From the NCBI GenBank assembly GCA_964016885.1, contig OZ024742.1, positions 354,330,001 through 354,394,000 of the forward strand: a DNA stretch of 64,000 nt, in the 5' to 3' direction. The position numbers and the translations under genes were made by a program. Below the pieces are notes generated by a model. The model did no database searches. It was given only the letters and a program-made list of their open reading frames with translations, and had not been told where the DNA came from. Positions within the stretch are counted from its first letter, which is position 1; each line of letters starts with the position of its first letter. This stretch comes from Eledone cirrhosa. Taxonomy: Eukaryota. Shown here piece after piece: positions 13,147-26,683 of this stretch.

Positions 13147-14411
13147 GAGAAAAAAAAAGAATACTGCGTAGTTGCACATGGGTTACATATGATAAAAATA
13201 GTCTTTCGTCAGTGATTTTCCAACCATCATTGGTATGTCATCGCATTAAAAATCATATACCTCAGGTTGGTGCGAGCAATAACTAAAAACAGTTATTGGG
13301 ACCAGTAAATCGCGTAAAGCGAGGGGGACAAGTAAACAACATAGAAGGATAAAAGCAAACCAAAGATAGGAAAAAAAACAAGCAACATGGTTGTCCGGTC
13401 AGCATAAGCTTGGTGGATTTCATGAGCGAAAGGTACAGACCGTCCGACGTGAGTGAGATGTAAGCAAGAAGAGACCTCACTACTAGCCAAACGGGAGGAA
13501 GTGAGAAGGGGATAAACAGAGAGTGAGTGAGTGGAAGTGCGAGGAAGCGGTCAGTCGAGAGAACGTGTAACTGACAGAGGGGGCGAAAGAAGGTGAGAGA
13601 AACAGAGAGAACAGGGAAGCAGTAAGAGAGAACCAGACAAACGCCGCCGAGGTAAATATATATAAAAAACATGAGAAGAAAGAAGAATACTGCGTGGTTG
13701 CACATGGGTTACATATGATAAAAATAGTCCTTCGTCAGTGATTTTCCAACCATCATTGGTATTTCATCGCATTAAAAATCATATACCTCAGGTTGGTGCG
13801 AGCAATAACTAAAAAAAGTTATTGGGACCAGTAAATCGCGTAAAGCGAGGGGGGACAATTAAACAACATAGAAGGATAAAAGCAAACCAAAGATGGGAAA
13901 AAAACAAGCAACATGGTTGTCCTGTCAGCAAAAGGTGGGTGGATTTCATGAGCGAAAGGTACAGACCGTCCAACGTGAGTGAGATGTAAGCAAGAAGAGA
14001 CCCACTGTAAGCCAAACAGGAGGAAGTGAGAAGGGGAGAAACAGAGAGTGAGTGAGTGGACGTGCGAGGAAGCGGTCAGTCGAGTGAAAGTGTAACTGAC
14101 AGAGGGGGCGAAAGAAGGTGAGAGAAACAGAGAGGATGGGGATGCAGTAAGGGAGAAACTTACAAACGCAGACTTGGTAAATATATATTAAAAAACATGA
14201 GAAGAAAGAAGAATACTGCGTGGTTGCACATGGGTTACATATGACAAAAATAGTCCTTCGTCAGTGATTTTCCAACCATCATTGGTATTACATTGCATTA
14301 ACAATCATATACCTCAGGTTGGTCCGAGCAATAACTAAAAAAAGTTATTGGGACCAGTAATTCGCGTAAAGCACGGGGGACAAGTAAAAAACATAGAAGG
14401 ATAAAAGCAAA
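13141..14411. repeat. 526-bp tandem repeat x2.4 within (TA)n
   Basis: Unit starts at 13141, 13667 and 14193; copies are slightly diverged; an inverted homolog lies at ~39380-39910. Confidence 0.9.
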
Positions 14412-14478
14412 TATATATATATATATATATATAATGACGAAACATAAGTCAATTACATTAACTCATAATCCTTTATTT

Positions 14479-14534
14479 ACTGCTATATATATTTCAATGA
14501 TTGCCATTGAATGGCTATGACCTCATCATGCAGT
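14479..14534 (-). ncRNA. degenerate hammerhead ribozyme
   Basis: ACUGC-AUGAUGA(C3->A)-stem II GCCAU/AUGGC-GAAA-UAUAUA-UA/GCAGU. Confidence 0.55.
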
Positions 14535-14597
14535 TACTCAGTTCTTAGATATGCCAGCTCTGTATTTTTGGTGTTGATGGTATCAGAGCCTTGGGAC

Positions 14598-14689
<92 letters not shown>

Positions 14690-15000
14690 GGAATAGAATG
14701 AAACGAAATTTAATTTCTCACACCTAGTACGGCAGTTACTTAAATGTAAGTATGTCTGTATGTATTCGTACATACATATATGTATACAGACCTACAGTAG
14801 TATGTATATATATACATATATGCACACATATATATATGCACGTATCGGTTTACCGAACATTTACTATAATGCTCGGTTTGTTTGTTTGTAAACAAACAAA
14901 CAGCGGAATTATATATATATACATAGGTTATTCCGGGTTGAATCGGAGGCAACCACAGTAAGTAAGGTACTCAATACATAGCAGAGTATATAAGATTTAA

Positions 15001-15113
15001 TATAGATGAGATTCTACAGGACTAGAATTGTTTCATTCTTTAGAAATCAACAGTAATCTCCTGATGATTTCTAAAGAATGAAACAGTTCTAGTCCTGTAG
15101 AATCTCATCTATA
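15001..15113. mobile_element. short foldback with hammerhead core
   Basis: ~52-bp inverted arms; + strand 15061-15094 reads CUGAUGA-UUUC UAAA GAAU-GAAA-C..GUC; the 5' strand of stem I is missing at the inversion point. Confidence 0.7.
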
Positions 15114-15115
15114 TG

Positions 15116-15179
<64 letters not shown>

Positions 15180-15469
15180 TATAGTAATAATAATAAATTT
15201 GAAGACTAAAATGCAATGAAGGCTCGATAAGGATAAATATGTATCAAATATATAAGAACCATAGAGAAAATATTTATTAAAATAACAGATTAAAGTTTAA
15301 GCAAAGAATCGTTGCTTTTAACATTTTTCGAAATATTTACCTCTACGTTCACCGATTTATTTTTTTAGTTTCAGAAGATCCCGTTAAGTGTGAAAGCACC
15401 CATTATTTGCTTTAACTTTAATCTTTTATTTTAATATATTTATATATATATATATATATATGTGTGTGT

Positions 15470-15730
15470 AATGGTAGCTATAGTGTTTCCATAGGCGGTA
15501 TGCCAAAATTAGCACTCAATATTCATACACAGAAGAGTGTGAATAGCATGAAAAAAAGAAATATGAGTGAGAAAATTTGCTCCGAACGAATTGCATGCGT
15601 CCGAAGGAACCTGCAGCTGTAGAATCACCCAGATCCATACAGTGATCATGTCTCGAGCTACCTGACGGCGAAACAATTGTAACACGCAATACACTGATCC
15701 AAATGCATCACTTGATTCTTTCGTTTTTTA
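15470..15730 (+). mobile_element. diverged copy of the 31484-31915 HHR element
   Basis: CCGAAGGA...GUAG..CUAC...GGC-GAAA-CAAUUG-UA-ACACG; its left part is inverted relative to 31855-31905. Confidence 0.6.
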
Positions 15731-15799
15731 CACTATATATATATATATATATATATTTGTTTTGCGAGGTTTTTGATATGAAATCGTGTGTCGAAACAA

Positions 15800-16703
15800 A
15801 TATTGTTATACTTGGGGATGGTCATATTGTTACTTTACTAGTAAGAAATGTTATATATAAAGTAAACCACCGGATAAAAAGTAAAACTAGAAACGTAGTC
15901 TATAGCATAATATGTACAGAGGGTACTTGAAGAACATGACAACAACATACATAGGCAAGACAGCTCGTAGCTTAGGGAAAAGGGTAGACCAACATTTCGA
16001 ACTAAAAGGACGAAAAAACGGTTCAGTACTATACGAACACGCCAGACAACAAAATGACAGTAACATAGACAACATAGAAATTAAAATAATATCTAAACAT
16101 AGAAATGACCCAGCACATAGGCAAATCAGAGATGGAAGTGAAATAGATCTTAGAAGGCCAAAGCTGAACAGAATAAATCAATGGAATAACAACAACACCC
16201 AACCAAACAATACTGACTTAAGAGAAATGTAAATAAATAAATATATACACAAGCATAATAACAACAAACACATGTAAACACATTCTAGTAAACTAAGAGA
16301 GAATGCAATAACCAAAAACAAGTCACCCAAACGCGAACACACACCAAACACTATACACACACGCAAACGCATGCGCAGAGAGGAAGTAAAACATAAATAA
16401 ATAAATAAACAGATAAGATAAAGATGGCGTAGACATACAATACAGCAGGAGGAACATAATAGTACCACTGATGATGTTGCAGATGTGCAACGAAAGAACT
16501 TCGTTAGACTATATATATGTGTTTATATCTATATTATATCTGTATTTTTGACCGTTGGTCAGTCAATGGTAAACATTGAGGACCGAATGAATTAACTGTG
16601 GAGATATAAATGACACAGAAGCGAAAACCAGCCAAACAGTGAGTGTGTTATGTTATTAATTATGGCAATAGTATTACAACAACATGAACTTCCCCAAGTA
16701 TAA

Positions 16704-16706
<3 letters not shown>
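15800..16706 (+). mobile_element. Penelope-like element 3' fragment (GIY-YIG + HHR-bearing UTR)
   Basis: NVVYSIIC / YIGKTARSLGKRVDQH..LYEH..PKLNR; a short inverted copy of the 3' terminus (ttgttatacttgggg) sits at the 5' end. Confidence 0.85.
16459..16512 (+). ncRNA. hammerhead ribozyme (PLE 3' UTR)
   Basis: CUGAUGA-U-GUUGCA GAUG UGCAAC-GAAA-GAAC-UU; stem I partly decayed. Confidence 0.65.
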
Positions 16707-16765
<59 letters not shown>

Positions 16766-18344
16766 CATATATAGATTTACATATACAAAAAACTAGACAG
16801 AGCCATATATATATATATATGTGTTTTTGGCAACCAATTCCCGGTGTGGTTCAATGACGAATTAATTAATTAAATAATCAACAATCAGAGCAATATATAA
16901 GAAAGTACCTCCATAGAATCATTTGATAAAATATATACAGTATTTCCTCTCCAAATCAGCATAATTAACCACACAAAAAAATCAATTAATCAAGGCAATA
17001 AGTTTAAAAATCACCTACGAAGAAACAATAGATAAATAAACGATAGCTCTTTTATCCGCGATCAACGGCCACAGAATATTTACCCAGTATTTCTAATAGC
17101 CCGTGGAAATCGATTAGATATATAGCCAACGAAATACAATTAGGTACAAACTCAAAGTTAGAAGAACAAATGTATATAAGCATACCAACATTATGGACGT
17201 ACTTTCTTATATATATATATATATAAATATGCAAGTGTGTGTGCGTGTGCGTGTGTATGTGTGCCCGTGTGTGTGTGTGTGTGTTTGTGTGTATGTATGT
17301 GTGTGCGTGCGTGTGTCAGAGAGATAGAGCTTCAATATATATAGGAGATGGTAAATAGAGTTCATATATTTACTGTAATGTTGAGACTATCTATCGTTTT
17401 TTTTTTCCTAAGTTTCGTCAATGTTGTTAGTTATGTAAATGATTTCTGAAGTATAACATGTTATTTATATGTAGATAACTATGGGTGTATATTTACATCG
17501 AGGATGACAATTGGCTTAGTCGTCGTTAGAATTAACAGAGTCGAATATAATGTGTTATGGCAATCGGTTAATCTCTCTGCTTCCTGATTTCAAATCACAC
17601 TGAGGTCAACATAGCATTTCATAATTTCGAGGTCTATAACGAAGTACCAGTCTAGAAATGTCGTTGATTCTGCCTATATATCTGTTTCTCGTTCCGCTCT
17701 GTCAAACTTTCTATTTTTGTCTGCAAGAAATCTGGTGTACTCTGCCTTGGAGAGGGATGGGCTCCGTCATGTTTAAAATGCCCAACAAACGCCGAATGTC
17801 AATATGGCACCACTACGACTGATCGAGTGTTACAGGTCCATGGTTGCATGTATAGGTTATTTCATAACACATTTTATATATGAAATCATCACTAATTATT
17901 TGTTTCCAATGATCCACTCTCGTGTTCAATTAATTTATGACAGAACGCTCCTTGATTTATAATACATATTAAAAAGGACATCATTCGTAAACCACAGATG
18001 ACGGTATTTAAATTCATTTCTGATATACCTCTCCAAAATACACCTATATATACATTTAAATTCATACATATGAGATTAATTTTCTAAACATTAACCAATA
18101 ATAGAAATAAAGACATAATATCCGCAGACATATACACATATCCGCGCATTAATACCTTCTAACCTCCCCCTCATGACGACACATAATATTTTATACACCA
18201 ACCAAGGAAATGAACTGGCAATAATGCTCGGAACACCTCGCTAGTGAACAAACTGTTTCTACGCCATGTACATTAGGTATATTAGAATACGCTATAACGT
18301 TATCAACGGCAGTTACTTATTGTGTGTGTGTGGGAGAGGGGGGC

Positions 18345-18428
<84 letters not shown>

Positions 18429-18544
18429 GTGCGTGCGTGCGCGCGTGTGTGTGTGTGTGTGTGTGTGACAGCTCACAGCTATGCGGGTTTAGCTGGCCTC
18501 CCCCAAGGTATATCTCGTTGGAGGTGTCTTGGGTGATTTAATGA

Positions 18545-18710
18545 TAGGGACCCCAGTCCTATCATCTCATTTCTACAGCTGAGTAAACTGGAGCAACGTG
18601 AAATAAAGTGTCTTCCTCAAGGAAACAACACATCACCCTGTCCGAGAATTGAACTCGCAACCTATCCATTGCAAGCCCAATGCTCTAACCACTAAGCCAT
18701 GCGTCTTCAT
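18545..18710 (-). mobile_element. tRNA-derived SINE (second family)
   Basis: TGGCTTAGTGGTTAGAGC...GAGTTCAATTC followed by CCTTGAGGAAGACACTT..CTCAGCTGTA. Confidence 0.75.
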
Positions 18711-19074
18711 GCTTATTGGATGTGAATGCATCATCTCAGCTTGAGGAAAATGTAAACATGTATGAACTAACTTAGAATATAGAGTTATAGAATCCACGCT
18801 ATAAATTCAATCATAAATCCTCTTGATTATATTTATAAAGATTTGAATTAAATAAGAAAATGCTGGATTTTTCAAAACAAGGCAAATGTATATATTCAGT
18901 ATCCTCGAAACCTACTTGATTTGTGATACACTAAATATTTCCACGAACCCACGTATGTGCTTATGACACACAAACACATACATGAAGAATAATCTCACCA
19001 ATTCCAAAACACCCACATGCATAAGCACACACAAATACAAACCATGTACAAAGCTAGCAACATTTAGGGGAGTG

Positions 19075-19232
19075 GAAGATCGATTAAATCGACACTAGTA
19101 CTTTATTTTATCCACGTCGCAAGGCTGAAAGGCAAAGTTAAACTCGACCAGATTTTACTAGGGACGTATAGGGCCGTACCTCTATGATGTAAATAATGTT
19201 GTGTGATGCTCTACCGATACTGCCAATCCAAC
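19075..19232 (-). mobile_element. degenerate SINE
   Basis: Homologous to 6087-6265. Confidence 0.65.
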
Positions 19233-19764
19233 CATAATGTCCTCAAATCAAGAATATGTCAGCTTTCCATTCCCTTTATATCCTACTTTGTGTCCGAGAG
19301 GCTGTAACATCTCCGATTCCTCTGACTAAACTCACAACTCACTAAACCAATAAAAGCGCAATCTTTATTCTAAACCGAAAACGCACATAACGCACGTCAA
19401 TCATCTTATGAAACACTTAAAACGGGGAGAAGGTTTGCTACTAAAACTAATAATATTGATACCATTCTTAAGAGAGTTGCTCACGTTGACACAACAGTGA
19501 AGTCATTGTCTCCATTCATTTCTCCATTAATCTACCGTGTACAGCTTACATACTACATACACATTGTTTATGAGATTTCTTATTAGAACACTTTTATGTA
19601 TTGTTTAGGAATATAGTAATTGTTGTATTTGTGATTTATTATTATGTTTAACATGATTTGAAAAAAAATATATATATGCATGAATTCTATGTATACAGAT
19701 GCTAGTGAAAGTCCAATTACTTTGTTTTATTTATGACATATTCGTCAGCATTATTTTATAGTAG

Positions 19765-19878
19765 TATCAAATCCCGCCGAGGTTAACTTTGCCTTTCATC
19801 CTTTCGGGGTCGATAAAATAAAGTACCAGTAATATACTGGGTTAATTGCTGGCCTTGTGCCAAAAGTAGAAACAATTA
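19765..19878 (+). mobile_element. SINE 3' part
   Basis: Core GCCTTTCATCCTTTCGGGGTCGATAAA. Confidence 0.75.
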
Positions 19879-20341
19879 TTTTATAGTAGTGTCATTCATA
19901 CTTCATTCATTTTCTTTTCAGAATAAGTTAAATCCTGGAATTTTGTATATGTGGTATATTATATTTCTATATTGTTTCTAACACGTAGTGCTTCAGTCAC
20001 GAAAACAACTCCTATTAAAATAATATGCAATTTATGCTATATATGTTTGACAGGTTGAAGTACATTTGGTTTACATTGTTCATATTTAGACTTATTTCTC
20101 TGATGGATTTTAGAAACAAATGTATTAAATATTAAACAAAACGGAAATATTGTAAATGCTGTTCTTGCATATGTACTTGTAGGAAAAAATATGTGTAAAA
20201 CAGCTTTTTCTTGAATAGTGAAGAGAATACAATAAATTGACTTGAATAATTGAAACACGTTTGATGTAATACTTCAATACACGTACATAGAATACACATG
20301 CACACACACACACGCGCACACACACATATATATACACACAC

Positions 20342-20427
<86 letters not shown>

Positions 20428-20433
20428 GTCTTA

Positions 20434-20483
<50 letters not shown>

Positions 20484-20588
20484 TTATAGTTACATAATTA
20501 GACTATCTCGTTCTCCTACATTAGTTCCATATATCCACCCCTCTCTCCCTTCCTCTCCCATTCTCTCTCTCTCTCTATATATATATAC

Positions 20589-20644
<56 letters not shown>

Positions 20645-20648
20645 TATG

Positions 20649-20749
<101 letters not shown>

Positions 20750-21998
20750 TAAGTTGCTGGCATTTTTCGATTTCAGCAAATTCAGTCATAAAAAAATCTA
20801 TCTAAATCTAATATGTTGCATGTTAGTATTTCAAGGTTGTCAGTGAAGAGGAAGGAAATGAAAACAAAATCAACCCAAAATAGATATATTCTGATTTGAA
20901 ATGACTAAAAATGGATTTTCAATTTTGCTAAACCAATTGATCTGACAAATCTCAGCAATATAACAAAAATGAATGTCTGTTGCAGATTGGGAATAATCTT
21001 GAACTTTGAGCTGGTAACAATATTGATAGGAAAATTATGGGCCATTCATTTTTATGTAGCTCAATAACTATAGAAGAGAAAGTAGGGCTTAAAGAATTTC
21101 TAGGCAAAAGACATTTGGCCGTCATCCAGAAATCACATTGCTATTTGGATTGAATAGAAATTGACGTATAATATATGAAATATAAAATAATTTTCGTTTT
21201 TCTAATAGTATGTCTATAGCAATAACAACATGACAAGAGGCATGGTTAATTTGGAGATATAAATATAAATACAAAAAATCGTGAATACATCTCTCCGAAA
21301 TTAAATGTGGTCATATCAATATTTTATATTGCTACTATGTCAATATATTCAGTTCTGAAGCTGGATAGATGCAAAGAAATGTTTATGGAGTTTCTTCCCC
21401 AACATCCTCTATGTTGTACTGCAACAAATATAAAATCTTCCATGAAGCTACTATGATGATAACATATATTTCAATGTTACTTCTCACATTTTAAGCATCT
21501 ACTATTGATCGGGTCTATAACATAATACGCTAATCTGTCTTTTGCAGATTCTTAGCATCAGATCATGATAAATCTATAACTGTTGATATAAGCAAAACTC
21601 TACAATTAATAGATAAAGTACGAAATGTGAGAAAAAAATTGAAATCCTACAGTTTGTTCTCGATTTGTATAAAGCATGATAGCTGGGGTACAATATCTCT
21701 TACAAGATCTCTTTGGATTTGTACGTGTGTTATAGTTATAGAGGTATTTATTTACGCTTTAATTTATATATTTAATTATCGTGTCTATAGTCTGCTTTTC
21801 ATGGGTTATATATTCCATACGCTGGTGCTTTTATTCCCTGTTTTATTGATAGCGCACTGTATATCTCTCTCTAGTGTGTTACCTTTACAACATATTGTAT
21901 TTTAAAGAGCTCAGGATTTCTGCTCCTTAGATCACATTATTTACAGGGAATGGCGAGGGCCTATGGCTCCGTTAATTTATTGTGATATATATATATAT

Positions 21999-22326
<328 letters not shown>

Positions 22327-22385
22327 TATACATATATATATATATACATATATACATATATGTATATATATATACATATATATAC

Positions 22386-22419
<34 letters not shown>

Positions 22420-22447
22420 ATATATACATATACATATACATATACAT

Positions 22448-22504
<57 letters not shown>

Positions 22505-22922
22505 GATATATATACATGTATATATATATATACATATATATATACATATACATATATATATATAGATATATATACATATACATATATATATATAGATAGA
22601 TATACATATATATACATATATATAGATATATATATACATATATTGTTATACTTTGGGAGGGTCATGTTGCCAGAAACGAAATATATACATACACATATAT
22701 ATATATAGATATATATACATATATATACATATATATAGATATACGTATATATATATATATATATTGGAATAAATGCTCTGAAATAGCGATATATATATGA
22801 ATATAGACATAGAATATTCGAAAAATATTCTGTATGTTTATAATAAACATTTTGAAGACCTAATCGCTATAGAATAGAATACGTCACGTATTACAATTAG
22901 ATTCTCGATAAAAGCAAGGGAA

Positions 22923-23587
22923 GTAATCTACGCGTTTCATTCTTGTTAGAATTCATCAGGACTACATATCCAGTGCTTTTATCGAGAATGACACAGCTAG
23001 AGACTTATAGAATACTTAGCTGTGTACAGGAACTGGTTTGAAAGAGCGGTTGCCGGTCCGGCAGAAATTAGAAATTGGAATAAATGCTCTGAAATAGCGA
23101 TATATATATGAATATAGACATAGAATATTCGAAAAATATTCTGTATGTTTATAATAAACATTTTGAAGACCTAATCGCTATAGAATAGAATACGTCACGT
23201 ATTACAATTAGATTCTCGATAAAAGCAAGGGAAGTAATCTACGCGTTTCATTCTTGTTAGAATTCATCAGGACTACATATCCAGTGCTTTTATCGAGAAT
23301 GACACAGCTAGAGACTTATAGAATACTTAGCTGTGTACAGGAACTGGTTTGAAAGAGCGGTTGCCGGTCCGGCAGAAATTAGAAATTGGAATAAATGCTC
23401 TGAAATAGCGATATATATATGAATATAGACATAGAATATTCGAAAAATATTCTGTATGTTTATAATAAACATTTTGAAGACCTAATCGCTATAGAATAGA
23501 ATACGTCACGTATTACAATTAGATTCTCGATAAAAGCAAGGGAAGTAATCTACGCGTTTCATTCTTGTTAGAATTCATCAGGACTAC
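22923..23587 (-). ncRNA. three minimal type I hammerheads (22923-22965, 23234-23276, 23545-23587)
   Basis: GUAGUC-CUGAUGA-AUUC UAACAA GAAU-GAAA-CGCG-UA/GAUUAC. Confidence 0.9.
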
Positions 23588-23861
23588 ATATCCAGTGCTT
23601 TTATCGAGAATGACACAGCTAGAGACTTATAGAATACTTAGCTGTGTACAGGAACTGGTTTGAAAGAGCGGTTGCCGGTCCGGCAGAAATTAGAAATTGG
23701 AATAAATGCTCTGAAATAGCGATATATATATGAATATAGACATAGAATATTCGAAAAATATTCTGTATGTTTATAATAAACATTTTGAAGACCTAATCGC
23801 TATAGAATAGAATACGTCACGTATTACAATTAGATTCTCGATAAAAGCAAGCACTGGATAT

Positions 23862-25148
23862 GTAGTCCTGATGAATTCTAACAAGAATGAAACGCGTAGA
23901 TTACTTCCCTTGCTTTTATCGAGAATCTAATTGTAATACGTGACGTATTCTATTCTATAGCGATTAGGTCTTCAAAATGTTTATTATAAACATACAGAAT
24001 ATTTTTCGAATATTCTATGTCTATATTCATATATATATCGCTATTTCAGAGCATTTATTCCAATTTCTAATTTCTGCCGGACCGGCAACCGCTCTTTCAA
24101 ACCAGTTCCTGTACACAGCTAAGTATTCTATAAGTCTCTAGCTGTGTCATTCTCGATAAAAGCACTGGATATGTAGTCCTGATGAATTCTAACAAGAATG
24201 AAACGCGTAGATTACTTCCCTTGCTTTTATCGAGAATCTAATTGTAATACGTGACGTATTCTATTCTATAGCGATTAGGTCTTCAAAATGTTTATTATAA
24301 ACATACAGAATATTTTTCGAATATTCTATGTCTATATTCATATATATATCGCTATTTCAGAGCATTTATTCCAATTTCTAATTTCTGCCGGACCGGCAAC
24401 CGCTCTTTCAAACCAGTTCCTGTACACAGCTAAGTATTCTATAAGTCTCTAGCTGTGTCATTCTCGATAAAAGCACTGGATATGTAGTCCTGATGAATTC
24501 TAACAAGAATGAAACGCGTAGATTACTTCCCTTGCTTTTATCGAGAATCTAATTGTAATACGTGACGTATTCTATTCTATAGCGATTAGGTCTTCAAAAT
24601 GTTTATTATAAACATACAGAATATTTTTCGAATATTCTATGTCTATATTCATATATATATCGCTATTTCAGAGCATTTATTCCAATTTCTAATTTCTGCC
24701 GGACCGGCAACCGCTCTTTCAAACCAGTTCCTGTACACAGCTAAGTATTCTATAAGTCTCTAGCTGTGTCATTCTCGATAAAAGCACTGGATATGTAGTC
24801 CTGATGAATTCTAACAAGAATGAAACGCGTAGATTACTTCCCTTGCTTTTATCGAGAATCTAATTGTAATACGTGACGTATTCTATTCTATAGCGATTAG
24901 GTCTTCAAAATGTTTATTATAAACATACAGAATATTTTTCGAATATTCTATGTCTATATTCATATATATATCGCTATTTCAGAGCATTTATTCCAATTTC
25001 TAATTTCTGCCGGACCGGCAACCGCTCTTTCAAACCAGTTCCTGTACACAGCTAAGTATTCTATAAGTCTCTAGCTGTGTCATTCTCGATAAAAGCACTG
25101 GATATGTAGTCCTGATGAATTCTAACAAGAATGAAACGCGTAGATTAC
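23862..25148 (+). ncRNA. five minimal type I hammerheads (43 nt each, starting at 23862, 24173, 24484, 24795, 25106)
   Basis: Same motif; 6-bp stem I, 4-bp stem II, palindromic stem III ACGCGU, GUA cleavage triplet. Confidence 0.9.
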
Positions 25149-25209
25149 TTCCCTTGCTTTTATCGAGAATCTAATTGTAATACGTGACGTATTCTATTCT
25201 ATAGCGATT

Positions 25210-25409
25210 NNNNNNNNNNNNNNNNNNNNNNNNNNNNNNNNNNNNNNNNNNNNNNNNNNNNNNNNNNNNNNNNNNNNNNNNNNNNNNNNNNNNNNNNNNN
25301 NNNNNNNNNNNNNNNNNNNNNNNNNNNNNNNNNNNNNNNNNNNNNNNNNNNNNNNNNNNNNNNNNNNNNNNNNNNNNNNNNNNNNNNNNNNNNNNNNNNN
25401 NNNNNNNNN
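25210..25409. other. assembly gap
   Basis: 200 N. Confidence 1.
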
Positions 25410-25410
25410 T

Positions 25411-25446
<36 letters not shown>

Positions 25447-25478
25447 TAATATATATATATATATATATATACGTATAT

Positions 25479-25525
<47 letters not shown>

Positions 25526-25547
25526 AATATATATATATATACATATA

Positions 25548-25927
25548 TATATTAACAAGAGGAATTCCAACTTTGTTTGATTTACTCGTTTTTATTTACA
25601 ATCCTTTAAAAATTAAAATGTTATTATAAAAAATAGTATGATAGTATATTAAATGTTAAGTGTTAATTGAAGAAGTACTTTCATGCTTTCGCAATCTTCA
25701 CGTTCATATTGTGTGGTGACAGTCAATTTTGCAAGTTGGAAATTGCAAACTTGACTGTCACCACACATTACGAACCTGAAAATTGCGAAAGCATGAAAGT
25801 ACCTGATCAATTAACACTTAACATTTAATATTCTACCATAATATTTCATTCTAATACCATCTTAATTTTAAAGTATTGTAAATTAAACGAGTAAATCAGA
25901 CAAAGTTGGAATTCCTCTTATTAATAT
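25548..25927. mobile_element. older foldback element (~185-bp diverged arms) with decayed HHRs
   Basis: Arms are reverse complementary around ~25738; HHR remnants at 25669-25705(-) and 25772-25808(+). Confidence 0.8.
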
Positions 25928-26448
25928 AATCTTCTATACACAATCATACACACCCGTGTATATTTATCTATCTATATATATTCACATATATTATCACTTC
26001 GGAAGAAGGATAAGAATGGAGAGAGAGGTGCTTGGCCACAGGCAGTTTTATGAAAGGTGGGTGATAGTGGCGAGAATGGCTCGTGTAAATGGGCCTTCTC
26101 TGTATACCATCCTGTAGGTAAAGAAGTAAAGGAGAGGGGATCACCTTCTCCATGTGCTCCCCGGGCAAAGGATTGCACACTTTTTCGGGGGTGTGTGCAA
26201 CCCCCATCACCTCCCCTCCCTTTTGAGGTTATTTTCGATTATTTTCATGTTATACCCTTTTTACTCGATCGTATGTAAACTCCCCCTTTGTATTTGTCCC
26301 TTCTTTTTATGCCTTTATGGTAAATATAGAAATATATATATATTCATATATATATATATATATATGAAAAAGTATGACCCTGACGACAGAATTCAAGACG
26401 TTTCGACGGCTATTTCGGTCGCGAAAACTCCTTACCACAACTACTTCG

Positions 26449-26499
<51 letters not shown>

Positions 26500-26570
26500 G
26501 AAGAGCGTCAACCTAATAAACCTTTCTTTGTCTACCTGTCTGCTTTGTGCCCGTCTATATTTGTACTATA

Positions 26571-26619
<49 letters not shown>

Positions 26620-26683
26620 TTTGTGTTTGTGTGTGTGTATGTGTGTGCGTGTGCGTGTGTGTATACATCGTTTTTTAAATATG

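Larger units (their letters stand above)
22764..25209. repeat. 311-bp retrozyme-like tandem array with central inversion
   Basis: Unit starts at 22764, 23075, 23386 and 23697; orientation flips at ~23850, then ~4.4 inverted units run into the gap. Units appear identical; left flank is (TA)n. Confidence 0.95.

Noticed and set aside
26375-26432. CUGACGA...GAAA hammerhead on the + strand
   Set aside because: Better explained as a decayed antisense arm of the 21999 family; stems do not pair.
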